The notes under the pieces were generated by a model, which saw only the letters and a list, made by a program, of their open reading frames with translations, was not told the DNA's origin and did not search any database. A stretch of 54,132 bases of DNA, the filler included, from Squatina squatina (Eukaryota): assembly GCA_031763465.1 (NCBI GenBank). It is 3 parts of 3 records of this genome, joined end to end, with 100 filler letters (N's around TTAATTAATTAA, not from the genome) between each part and the next. Parts side by side here need not be neighbours in the genome. Positions count along the whole stretch, not along the records: positions 1 to 22,042 come from JARFOE010000230.1; positions 22,143 to 38,379 come from JARFOE010000005.1; 1 more part is not named here. One strand, written 5' to 3'. This document shows, piece by piece, positions 12,005 to 22,979 of this stretch; within the stretch, counting starts at the first letter, position 1, and each line of letters begins with the position of its first letter. Made by a program: the position numbers and the translations under genes.

Positions 12005-12680
12005 NTAGTGGGGATTGTTACTCTCTACAAAATCCTTTAATCATCTTAAACACCTCAATTAGATCATCCCTTGGTCTTCTATGCTCAAGAGAATACAAGC
12101 CTAGTCTATGCAACCTGTCCTCATAATTTAGCGCTTTTAGCCTTGGTACCATTCTGGAGAATCTGCACAGCTCTCCCTCCAAAGCCCATCTATCCTTCCT
12201 GAGGTCTGGTGCCCAGGACTGAACACAGTATCTAAATGGGGTCTGGCCAGAGTTTATATAACAAATCTTCCACCTCGGTGCTCCAGCTCCCTCGAGATAA
12301 AAGCCAACATTCTATTAGCCTCTCATTATATTTTGGTACCGGTCCACTAGTGATTCCTGTACTCGGACCCCTAAATCTCTCCGCTCCTCCAGTTCCCAGC
12401 TTCTCACCATTTAGTAAATACTGTGATTTATCCTTTTCAGTCCAAAGTGGGTGACCTCGCACTTTCCCACATTGAACTCCATCTGCCACAGTTTTGCCCA
12501 CTCACTGAATCTACCAATGTCCCTTTACAACTTTCTGCTCCCATCTACACTACTTACTGCACCACCTCACTTGGTGCCATCAGCAAACTTAGATATACCG
12601 GCTCTCTATTCCTTCATCCAAGTCATTTATAAATATAGCGAAAAGCTGTGGCCCCAGTACACATCCCTGGTGTCAACAAT
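12005..12680 (-). mobile_element. CR1-like LINE 3' portion (degenerate RT)
   Basis: Typical CR1 3' sequence, with ttggtgccatcagcaaactt (KFADGTK on minus) and cactttcccacattgaactccatctgcca. Confidence 0.85.
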
Positions 12681-12699
12681 TTGAGAACATACTGAAATA

Positions 12700-12900
12700 T
12701 GAGCGTTGATTTCTGAAGGGCAAGTCTAATGAATGTAGTTAAATTTTTTGAAGAGATAACAAATCTGGCAGATAAAGGGTGGGGAGGTGTGATCTATGGA
12801 CTTCCAGAGGGTTCTACATAAGAGACCTTTAGCAAAAAATGAGAGCAGATAGAATGGGAGGCAACCTATTGGCTTGGCAAGGGAATTGATGAGGACTGAT
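12700..12900 (+). mobile_element. Degenerate CR1 RT fragment, opposite orientation
   Basis: ttgaagagataaca...gataaaggg...gtgatctatggacttccag (FEEIT..VDKG..DVIY.DFQ-like). Confidence 0.6.
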
Positions 12901-13224
12901 ACTAGATAGCGAGAGCGAGAGAAAGGGGAAACAGTCAGTGGAAGAAGTCAGGGTCACCCACGCACCACCTTGCTATAAGCCAAAGAGCCCAAAGCAAAAA
13001 AAAAGCCTCACGACCACCGGTCACCTTGAAGCGCTTTACAGCCAATAATGTACTTTTGAAATCTAGTCACTGTTGTAATGTAGAAAAGGAGAAATATTAC
13101 TCTCAAGTGAAATAAGCTTCATTTAGACATCATCCAGACTCCCCAGGCAAAGGATTCCACTGTCTATAAGAATGGGATTTTTAAAAAAAATTAGCTTCAA
13201 TCATTTGACGACATGCAAATAAAT

Positions 13225-13330
13225 ACAAATAGAAAATGTTAGAAATACACCAGGTCAGTGGAGCAGTTATAAAGGAGAATGAACAAAAGAACACTTTGGA
13301 TGCATTCTTTTCAACAGACCTGAAAACTAA
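13225..13330 (-). mobile_element. Degenerate Penelope-like terminal repeat
   Basis: aaatagaaaatgttagaaatacaccaggtcag resembles the reverse complement of the terminal seen at 25350-25405. Confidence 0.45.
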
Positions 13331-14290
13331 GGCAAGCATTTCAGTAGGGCTGGAAAAAAAAATGGAGCACGCACAAGAGGTACTTCAATCAGGGCAGGGA
13401 GTTAGGAGTTTCAACACTTGCCGTTTGAGAATACAAACTACCGCCAGCCTTACAAGCCGTCACTTCAGCCACCTTTACTAATAAGACAAATATTGCATCA
13501 AATATTTGCACTCTTAGAATCCTTCAGTTGTGCAAAGTTTGCGTAGATTATCTTCAAGCATTCAGGACACAACATTGAAGATAAACTGAGCCACTGGCAG
13601 AACAAATTGAAACAACACTGGTACGTTCTCCCAGCACTGCTGACAGAGATTTGGCCGGCATGCCGTTTTATCACAGTGTGTTATCAACATAGTGCACTGG
13701 GGAAAGTGCGACAGGATGTCAACATGACAAGTACAGGAAGTGCGTACTAAACACAAGATTTCAAATACTTTACTGGCAGATCACCTATGGCAGTGCAAAT
13801 CGAAGTGTGATGGTTACAGTNNNNNNNNNNNNNNNNNNNNNNNNNNNNNNNNNNNNNNNNNNNNNNNNNNNNNNNNNNNNNNNNNNNNNNNNNNNNNNNN
13901 NNNNNNNNNNNNNNNNNNNNATTGACTCCAAGGTGGCGGAGTTTCAGTAACTGTTCAATCCATTTGGTGTCCCGTGTTTTGTAACTGTGTGATTTTAATC
14001 TCTCCTGTGATACAAAGGACTCTTCCTTCTTGCCACAGATATTTTAGGCATCAGAATCTGTCTCTCTTTTGTGCTACGAGCTACAATAATCCCCGATCAG
14101 CAAGGAGTGAGCTGGCTGAGATTCACATAATCCATTGTGTGACTGAGGTCAATCTGGCATAAATTAAACATGTGGAAAGCTCCCGCGCGTGTATAGGCCT
14201 TCCTGCAGGGTCTTTGTAGATGTGGCACCTTGTAAGCAGCCATTACCTGACAGCTCCACGATATCCCAAAATGTCAAATGGAAGACTGCA

Positions 14291-14995
14291 TCCAATCCCA
14301 ATATCAGTCTCAATGTCTCAGTCTCAGTGATAAACCCAATCCCAATCCCAGTGTCAGTCGCAATGTCTCAGTCTCAGCGATAAACCCAATCCCAATCCCA
14401 GTGTCAGTCTCAATGATAAACCCAATTCCAATCCCAATCCCAATGTCCGTCTCAACGTGTCAGTCTCAATGATAAACCCAATCCCAATCCTAATCCCAGT
14501 GTCAGTCTCAATGTGTCAGTCTCAATGATAAACCCAAGTCCAATGTCCGTCTCAATGTGCCAGTCTCAGTGATAAACCCAATCCCAATCCCAGTGTCAGT
14601 CTCAATGTGTCAGTCTCAATGATAAACCCAATTCCAATCCCAATCCCAATGTCCGTCTCAATGTGTCAGTCTCAGTGATAAACCCAATCCCAATCCCAGT
14701 ATCAGTCTCAGTCTCAACGTGTCAGTCACAGTGATAAACCCAATCCCAATCCCAGTGTCAGTCTCAGTCTCAATGTGTCAGTCTCAATGATAAACCCAAT
14801 TCCAATCCCGGTGTCAGTCTCAATGATAAACCCAATCCCAATTCCAATTCCAATCCCAGTGTCAGTCTCAATGTCTCAGTCTCAGCAATAAACCCAATCC
14901 CAATCTCAATCCAAATCTCAATCCTAGTGCTAATCCCAATTCCAATCCTAATTTCAATCCCAATCCCAATCTCAATACAAATCCCAATCTCAATA
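14291..14995. repeat. Compound tandem repeat of (CCAATC)n, GTGTCAGTCTCAAT and GATAAAC modules
   Basis: About a dozen variable units GATAAAC(CCAATC)2-4(GTGTCAGTCTCAAT)1-2 that decay into pure hexamer at the right end. Lies in the GALR2 intron. Confidence 0.95.
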
Positions 14996-15327
14996 ATTTT
15001 CAAACTGAGTTCCCCGGGCCTAGGAGCAAGGGTAAGAGGGATTCCATACGGAAATTCTGAGGATCTCCAAGGCCTTCAGATTTCTAGGCCTGGAAATTCC
15101 CCGGGGATGTGATGCCAGGACTTTTGCGGGGATCAGACCCACCAGTAAGCTCTGCCGCCAGCCCTGCTGGAGTTCATGGGGTTGGGGGAGGGGCCATGAG
15201 GAGTGAGCATTTTGTTGGGATGGGAGCACAGCTTTGGTTCCCTTCCAGCAACAATTTCACAGGCCTCTGTATTTGGAGCGTCTTAGTGTTTAAAAGGAGG
15301 GGTCATCACTTTCCTTCTGTCTTGCAG

Positions 15328-16075
15328 GTACCTGGCGATTCGCTACCCTCTGAGATCTCGGGAGCTACGGACTCCCCGAAATGCCCTGACTGCCATCTGC
15401 ATCATCTGGGGAATCTCGCTTATCTTTGCTAGTCCTTACCTCAACTACTACCAGGTGATCCACTACAGAGACATGACCCTCTGCTTCCCAGTCTGGGATG
15501 ATTACAGACGCAAGATTATGGACGTTTCCACTTTCATCTTTGGGTACATCATCCCGGTGTTAATCCTGAGCCTGGCCTATACCAGGACCATCAGGTATCT
15601 CTGGACTGCTGTGGACCCCATCGAAGACATATCTGAGTCCAAGAAAGCCAAGCGCAAGGTCACTAAGATGATTATCATTGTGGCTGCCCTGTTTTGCCTC
15701 TGCTGGCTGCCCCATCACCTGGTCATCTTGTGTTTCTGGTTTGGCCATTTCCCACTCAACCAGGCCACCTACGTTTTCAGGCTCCTGTCGCACTGCATGT
15801 CCTACGCCAACTCCTGCCTCAACCCCATCGTCTACGCCTTGGTCTCCAAGCACTTCCGCAAGGGCTTCAAGAAGGTCTTCAATTGCCTGCTGAGGAAAAA
15901 AGTGGTCAACAAAGTGCACGTGGTGCAAGTGGCCCACACGGAGGCTGGCTCCACCGAGGCGTCACACATCAGTGAACACAACAACCCCACAACCAGTCGG
16001 CAGTGGAGGCAGCCGGATCCTGAAGGACACACGGTAACCCCACCAAGAACCTTCATGGCCTTCAATGTGACCTAG
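15328..16075 (+). CDS. GALR2: Galanin receptor 2, exon 2 (end of TM3 to stop)
   Basis: tcttgcag acceptor splits the DRY motif. Translates to YLAIRYPLRSRELRTPRNAL...LRYLW-like IRYLWTAVDP...KAKRKVTKMI...CWLPHH...YANSCLNPIVYALVSKHFRKGF. Adjacent to SRP68 as in human. Exon 1 is not present. Confidence 0.93.
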
Positions 16076-16451
16076 AAATGAGCCGGGGGGCTGAGGTAGA
16101 GAGACCTGATTAGACTGCTTTGCGTTGAACATCTCTCACGCAGAGAGCAAGAAAAACAAAAAAAAAAGAAAAGGAATTTGTAACGCAAAGAGTCAAAATG
16201 CAAGAACAGTCAACGCACTATTCTACAGAGAGAAATGATGAAACAGATAAAGGACTGGCTGTCACATCAACAGTGAAAACATCCTGACATTCCAGAATCT
16301 ATCCAGATATCGATTCTATCAACTGATGCGCGGGAGTGAGATATTAAAAAANNNNNNNNNNNNNNNNNNNNNNNNNNNNNNNNNNNNNNNNNNNNNNNNN
16401 NNNNNNNNNNNNNNNNNNNNNNNNNNNNNNNNNNNNNNNNNNNNNNNNNNN

Positions 16452-17090
16452 GCCGGCCTTGTTCCCGGACGGAACTGGGGCGGCTGGCCGTGTAAGTGGC
16501 TGATGTGGCCTCAGCGCCACGCAAGTGACGTCAGCCGCACCACGTCAGCATCGCTGCATGCTGATGTCAGCAGCGTGGCTAGGCCTCCCTTAAGGGGGGG
16601 AGCCGCTGGCTATCCTGACGGCGCCACGCGGCTCGCTACTGGGCCACCAGGGATGCTGGCGATCGGGACAACAGCCTGGCACGCCAGTCAACATTTCATG
16701 CGAGGGGATGGCGGCTCGATCGGGCCGTAGACTGGCATCAGTTGGCCTACATGAGGGTTGGCTGATAAATAAAGATGGCAGCCGCAGGTGCACAGGCCCT
16801 CCCCTTTAAGAGGCCCGTTGCAGCGACAGGTTTTGTTGTCGCCACAACCGCCCGGCGCTGCGGCCACGTTCCATGGGTGAATTCCGCAGTGCGGGTTGGC
16901 ACGCATCTTTATAATGTCACATGTCTACCCGCCGCGGAATTTGCTGGGCCAGGCATAAAGGCCTTTGTGTCCCAGCTGAATTCCCTGGGAGGCGAGATGG
17001 CCACCTCCCGGTGCCATTTTGTCTAGTATCACCCCATTAGTGCCCCTCAGAAGCACTAACAGGGCAGAACCAGAGCTAAATTTCTCCCCC
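16452..17090. mobile_element. GC/CpG-rich non-autonomous element (Harbinger/MITE-like), right part
   Basis: CpG-rich, with ccttaagggggg and cccctttaag motifs. Ends in aaatttctcccc, similar to the termini of other elements in this window. Confidence 0.5.
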
Positions 17091-17156
17091 TTTGTGTGCT
17101 CCTCACAACTTGCTTTCCCACCTATCTTTGTATCATCAGCAAATTTGGTTACAATA
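17091..17156 (-). mobile_element. CR1 RT fragment
   Basis: IVTKFADDTKIGGKASCEE. Confidence 0.85.
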
Positions 17157-17378
17157 NNNNNNNNNNNNNNNNNNNNNNNNNNNNNNNNNNNNNNNNNNNN
17201 NNNNNNNNNNNNNNNNNNNNNNNNNNNNNNNNNNNNNNNNNNNNNNNNNNNNNNNNCATTTTCAGACCCCCCACGCATTCAGAAGGACTGCATTACTGGA
17301 ATAGCCTTTTCAATGGGCATAGCACTGTTCTGGAAGAGCAACAGCAGAGGCATCAGGCTCAGTGAGGGAGATGCAATG

Positions 17379-17628
17379 GCAGTGAGCACGCCTGGCTAAC
17401 CCCACAGGGCAGTGAATGCACCCGGCCGACCCCTCCCCAGGGCAATGAGCATGCCCGGACAACCCTTCCCCACAGCAGTAAGCACGCCCGGCCAACCCCA
17501 CAGGACAGTGAGAGCGCCCGGTCAACCCCTCCCCGGGGCAGTGAGTGCACCCTGCCAACCCCACAGGGCAGTGATCTCCCTGCCAACCCTGGGGCAGTGA
17601 GCCGCCCTGCCAACCCCTCCCCGGGGCA
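17379..17628. repeat. GC-rich minisatellite of mixed 30/33-bp units, about 8 copies
   Basis: GCAGTGAGCACGCCCGGCCAACCCC followed by ACAGG or TCCCCGGG. Confidence 0.9.
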
Positions 17629-17985
17629 CATATCTTTTTACACTCAACACTATTGGTGTTGCATTTGAGCTTGTTTGGTGCTGGTTTTTACATTCTGGTG
17701 TGGGCAAACAATTTCCGTAGGAAATTTGGCTGCAAGTTCCTGTGGGTAAGATCGGAAAAGATACTGGTGTAAATTTTGGCAGAAATGGGTTTGAGGAGAT
17801 TCCGGACCAGAATGACCAGCAAGAGCTATACAGTCAGAACCTTCCCGCAGAGACCGGTGCTCGTAGCGAGTGCAGCTTGAGGAATCATGCAGCCCCTCAT
17901 ATTCTGAGCTGAAACGCCTGCAATTTCCTGTGCTGCTCACCACCGGGAGAGCCTGATCACAGAGTCACCCGATCTCTCTCATGGA

Positions 17986-18168
17986 GGGGTAATCTTGACT
18001 TTCTGCGACAGTGTAAAATGGATGATAGCGAATCGCAGCCCATTTTACATCTCTCACAATTCTTATTTCCATTGACTTCAACAGAGATAAAAATCGGGAG
18101 CGATGTAAAACAGGCTGTTGATTCGCTGTCACCCACATTACACTGTCGCACAAAGTCAAGATTACTCT
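17986..18168. mobile_element. Palindromic MITE (~183 bp)
   Basis: Arms gtaatcttgacttt..gcgacagtgtaa / ttacactgtcgc..aaagtcaagattac, with a central ccattgacttcaa. Confidence 0.85.
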
Positions 18169-18327
18169 TAATAGACATTTACACAATTCTTTGGTGAATA
18201 GATTGGGAGGAGAGTGCTTTATTCTAAAGATAACCCTCCCCACCAACTATTTTTCTCCTGTCATTTATTCGTAGTTGTAACCTCGGACAGTGCCTTTGGT
18301 TCATGATTTATATTTAATCGTTTACAG

Positions 18328-18437
18328 GTATCACCAGTGGATGAAATCAGAGGAATTACAGAAGCTCACAGCCTCGGAGCCACTTACCTTGGAGCAGGAG
18401 CACCAGATGCAGAGAAGCTGGCGGGAGGATGCCGACA
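18328..18437 (+). CDS. NAT9: N-acetyltransferase 9 (GNAT), internal exon
   Basis: tttacag acceptor and GTAAGG donor. Translates to (R)YHQWMKSEELQKLTASEPLTLEQEHQMQRSWREDAD. Confidence 0.92.
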
Positions 18438-18782
18438 GTAAGGACTTGTTAATACACAGGCTTCCCGTCCTTGTAGAGTCATTGAGCAGGCCTGCAGCAG
18501 AGAGCTGGATCGCCATTCACTGAGCCTGCAGGTTTACCAGCGCAATACTAAATTCATACTGACTGTGCTTCCTGTGTGCTCCTCGAGCTGAGGGATGTTG
18601 GTGCTGGGGAATGGCATCAAGCATGTCAGCTCAAGAACAGCACAGGTTAGATGCTATTCTGTTAAACAATATGCCTCAGTCCCAAACCAGGAGGGCTCAG
18701 TACTCTATCAGTTTGGTGTTTTCCATTTCTCACACGAGCCAATTTTGGAGCAGTTTTTCCACTGAAAGGTTGAGCCCAAATA

Positions 18783-18864
18783 GGAACCATAGAAACATAG
18801 AAGATAGGAGCAGGAGTAGGCCATTCGGCCCTTCGAGCCTGCACCGCCATTCAATGAGATCATG
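18783..18864 (-). mobile_element. CR1/HER1-like LINE 3' tail
   Basis: catagaaacatagaagataggagcaggagtaggccattcggcccttcgagcctg, a CR1-type octamer tail with the 3' hairpin region. Confidence 0.85.
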
Positions 18865-18964
18865 NNNNNNNNNNNNNNNNNNNNNNNNNNNNNNNNNNNN
18901 NNNNNNNNNNNNNNNNNNNNNNNNNNNNNNNNNNNNNNNNNNNNNNNNNNNNNNNNNNNNNNNN

Positions 18965-20018
18965 TTTTCTCCTTCTTGAAGATCGGCACAAACTCAAACA
19001 TGCTCAGGGAGGCCAAGAATGTTTCTAAGGGGCTGGATTCAGGCTCGAGGTCGTCGTCTAGGCCCAGCTCCACCTCCTCCCATGGCAACTCGTCACCGTT
19101 CCTCTCCTGCAAGCTCTGGGCGCTGCCAATGCTGTCATCCACGCTGGTTGAGCGCTGGAGCCGGCTCCGCAGCCTGATGCCCGGGCTCTTCACATCACCG
19201 TTGCCCATCGTGTCTCCGCTGTCGTGTCCAATCCCAAAGAGGCCCCCGCTCACATAGTTCCTGCGGAAGACCATGGTACCCAGGCCAGGCCTGTTGAAGA
19301 GCGATTCGTGGCCCGAGTCGGTGCTGACCTCAGAATAGGCCATGTCCACATGTAAGCCGGGGTCACTGATGGCGTGTGACACCGCGTCCTCCTCGGTAGC
19401 GAACATGTCCCGGATGTTACGTCTCATCCTGTCCTTGGGGCTGGCGTAAGTCCCCTGTTTGACAAACATCACGTCGTTACTTAGCTGGAGGCCGGACAGC
19501 GAGCGAACACTCTTTCGTCCGTCCTCGTATATCTTGAAGGTTCCCTCTACTTGCTTCTTCCTTTCCAGTTTCTTCTGGATCTTGGTCTTGCCCTTGGCGG
19601 TTGCGTTGAGAGTGGCCTGTGAGTAGGGCACTGATGTCATGATGGACATGCGCTGCAGCTGGCGGCTCAGGGTGCTGCTGGAGTAGCTGGAGAAGCTCAT
19701 GGTGTCCGAGGAGTCCATCATCTCCTTTTTGTATCTCTTCTCCATCCTCTCGTGGTGTCTCTTCTGCAGTTTTGCACACTGTTTGATCCGTTTCTCGGCG
19801 TCTCTGAAGGCCCTCTGCTTCAGCTTGCTGACCAGTTTGGGGTTCAGTGCGGTCTGCTTGGCAGCAATGGAGTCCAGATAGCGGATACATTCCATGTGAC
19901 TCTTCATGGCAGCCATGTCCAGTGGAGTATGGTAGTCATTGTCCAGGCACCAGATGTTTGCCCCGAACGACACCAGAAAGGAAAGGAGGTTGAGGTGGCC
20001 ATTGGCAGGGGGCAGGTA
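18965..20018 (-). CDS. USH1G: Usher syndrome 1G protein (SANS), large exon with ankyrin repeats, central region and start of SAM domain
   Basis: [35 protein letters not shown]...YSQATL...[15 protein letters not shown]...[26 protein letters not shown]...ELPWEE...[10 protein letters not shown]. Truncated by a gap at the 3' end; homology is lost 5' of about 20018. Confidence 0.95.
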
Positions 20019-21294
20019 GCGACTGACAGCAGCCCTTTGTTTTAATGTAGAACCGGAAGGAGCAACCCTGCTCCACATTCAGATGAATCTTGTTCGCAAA
20101 CTTACATTTTTGGTGGCAGCCTATGGTCATCGTCAGTTGTTATCCTGAGTTGTTGTCCAGGAGACGTTGAATCGCTATCCAGAAACGCTATACCTATTCA
20201 CTGAGGCAGCCATCAGCTACCAGTCTTCAGATTCTTCAGCAATCATCGAAGGAGAATGATTGTGAACACTTGAGGGCGCATCCAGAAGAGATTGGAAGGC
20301 CTCAAAATCTGATAGTACCGAGCCCTTTTTTCAGGTGCTAAACAGGCATCTAAGTCTCCAATATAGTGGACAGGAAGCGCATGCTCAGTGTGAGCTGAAA
20401 GAGCGCCACTCGTCATATAGACAAGAAAATTGGCATCCGAGGCCTGCGCCTGAATCAGGCAGTACGCTTTTTTCATTTGCATGTAAGGGGCCCAACACCT
20501 GTTTCAGACCCACTGTGCAAAACTGGGCTGCTGTAATAGCAGACGATGGGCTGGCTATGTTTAGGATAGCCAGATCTAATTGTGGCCTAATCAGTGGTTC
20601 ATGTACGGGCCACTGGAGGCCGCCTCCAAAATGGTAAGATTTGCAAAAAATAATTACCTGAATGTAGAGCCAGGAGGAGCAGGACTGCACCTCTTGGCTC
20701 AATAGGCCGTCCAAAACCTACTGACAGAGCTCACTTGGCAATCTACCGATCATCCCCCAGGTCCTACCAGAGGGTTGCTGCCGGCATTGCAGCAGCTCAA
20801 ATTTTATGACTGCTTCATTGGTGAGTTGCCTGGGGATGCGCAGCAGATATCTGCAGATCGCTGGCCTAATTTAAATGAGGCCTGAGGTCCAATTTCCACC
20901 AGGCCTTGGGCCTACCTGTTCCAGCAAAGGGATTGTTCCCCGTGCCCAATTCAGGCTGGCGTGCTGGCACTATCCAATTTCTCCCCCATTCATGGTGGCT
21001 TTAGAACTTTTCACAGCACAGGTCAAGATGGAGATACTGGCCCGGAATTTGCGGTCAGCAGTGAAGCGAAGGTGTTCGCTACTGCTCCGANNNNNNNNNN
21101 NNNNNNNNNNNNNNNNNNNNNNNNNNNNNNNNNNNNNNNNNNNNNNNNNNNNNNNNNNNNNNNNNNNNNNNNNNNNNNNNNNNNNNNNNNAATCTGTTTC
21201 CATCCAAAGCGAGAAGCTAGGACATTGACTATTAACCCATTGCTAATAAAAGTAGACATAAGGAATCTTCTCCTCTCATAATGTAGTGAATAGA

Positions 21295-21762
21295 GTTTTA
21301 CAATGGAGATTTCAGAATGCAGAAGGTTAAATTCTGAGGATAGGTTGCATAGACTAGGCTTGCATTCCCTTGAGTTTAGAAGATTGAGGGGTGATCTGCT
21401 CAAGGTGTTTAAAATGTTAAAATGATGCGATGGGAGCAACTATTTCCTCTAGTGGGGAAATCCGAACAAGGAGGCAGAACCTTAAAATTAGAGCCAGGCT
21501 GTTCAGGGGTGAAATCCTGAAGCATTCTTCACACAAAGGGGAATGGAAATCTGGAACTCTCCCCCTCAAAAGGCTGTGGATGCTGGGGGTCAATTGGAGC
21601 TTTCAAGACTGAGATCGCTAGGTTTTTGTTGGGTAAGGGTATCGAGGGATACAGAACAAAGGTGGGTAAACGGAATCGAGGTGCAGATCAGCCATGATCT
21701 CATTGAACGGCGGAACAAGCTCGAAGGGTTGAATGGCCTCCTCCTGGTCCTAATGTTCCAAT
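21295..21762 (+). mobile_element. CR1-like LINE 3' end
   Basis: gagtttagaagattgaggggtgatct...tggaactctccc...gatcagccatgatctcattgaa...gaatggcctcctcctg. Confidence 0.88.
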
Positions 21763-22042
21763 GATTTATGCCTGTAGGGTTGATGGTTGCCCTGCAGGTG
21801 TGCCAGAATAGAGACAATCCAGAAAAAGAACTTGCTTGGAGTCTCTCTTAAACAGAATAATCCCGTTGGGTGGATTGGGGTTAATGCAAGGTATTCCCTC
21901 TGGATTTGACAGTTAAAGCCAGCGGCACCACCTGGGCCACATCCTATCAAAAGAGGGTGCACGAACCTCCTATACAAGGAAATCAATGTGGAGGCAGTTT
22001 TACATACACTGTGAAAGGTTCCACCGATTTATTAGGGTGCGA

Positions 22043-22142
22043 NNNNNNNNNNNNNNNNNNNNNNNNNNNNNNNNNNNNNNNNNNNNTTAATTAATTAANN
22101 NNNNNNNNNNNNNNNNNNNNNNNNNNNNNNNNNNNNNNNNNN
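22043..22142. other. Artificial scaffold linker (44 N + TTAATTAATTAA + 44 N)
   Basis: Exactly 100 nt, with a 12-mer that has stops in all six frames. Identical construct at 38380-38479. Confidence 0.95.
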
Positions 22143-22872
22143 ATCTATCTGAACCTACTGTGAATCTTCAGCATCTTCTATTCTTATTCCATTATTCCTT
22201 AGATAAAAATAAAACACAAAGAAAAATTCACTGTCAGGTTCTGGAAATGTACGTGAGCAGTAGATTGCATTGGACCATAAATATTACTTACATCAGTGTT
22301 TTCCACCTTTTTACGCAATTTATCCTTAATGCAATATGTCATCTGGGACTTCAAACTCCCTCACACTGAAACTAGATAAGACAGATTGATGTGTGGATGC
22401 TGAACTCTTCCAGCACCTAACATGATGTTTATGCTGGAGCTTGAAAATTGCTATGACAACCGTGACAATTGGCTCTCCAAGAGGGCTTCTGAAGTTCAAC
22501 TTCTGAAATGAAATGTTAGCTTCATTGAATACAATAATATCTAGATATCAGAATGTGCTGTTGCACCCATTACAGGCAGGATGTTCAAATCCAAAGTAAA
22601 GTAAAGAAAGGTCACAGACATAACATATATAAAGAAGGGTGAAAAAAGACTGTCAGCACGTCAAAGCGCCCTATCCATGAAACAATGCCACCTCAATCCT
22701 GCAAATCCCTACTGTTTACATCATTTCTCAGGGTCATTGCAGCTTTTCCACTAAAATTAGGGCAGACTAGCAAAAGAATCTCCATGGAAATTTAACCCCT
22801 TGGTGTTTTTTCTTTATCTGATTTCCCCTTCTTCACCACCCACCCCCCCCAATTTAACTGTGTGATATTTAG

Positions 22873-22979
22873 GTCACAGGAAATGGTGTTTGGACCAGCA
22901 AACCTTGGAGAAGAAGCAATCAGAAACTTCACAGTAAAACATCACTGTAACACCTGCTGCAGAAAACTGAAACTACCAG
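22873..22979 (+). CDS. TRPM6: TRPM6/TRPM7 channel-kinase, alpha-kinase C-terminal zinc-binding exon (TRPM6 favoured)
   Basis: tttag acceptor, GTGAGA donor, 107 bp. Translates to [35 protein letters not shown]. Divergence from the TRPM7 'NFRAKHHCNSCC' string favours TRPM6. The family is secure, the paralogue less so. Not in the ORF track. Confidence 0.7.

Noticed and set aside
14291-14995. Interstitial telomere repeat
   Set aside because: The unit is AATCCC/GGGATT, not CCCTAA/TTAGGG.
20019-20078. N-terminus MWSRVAPSG... of the USH1G ORF
   Set aside because: It is non-homologous, and the true start lies in an upstream exon.
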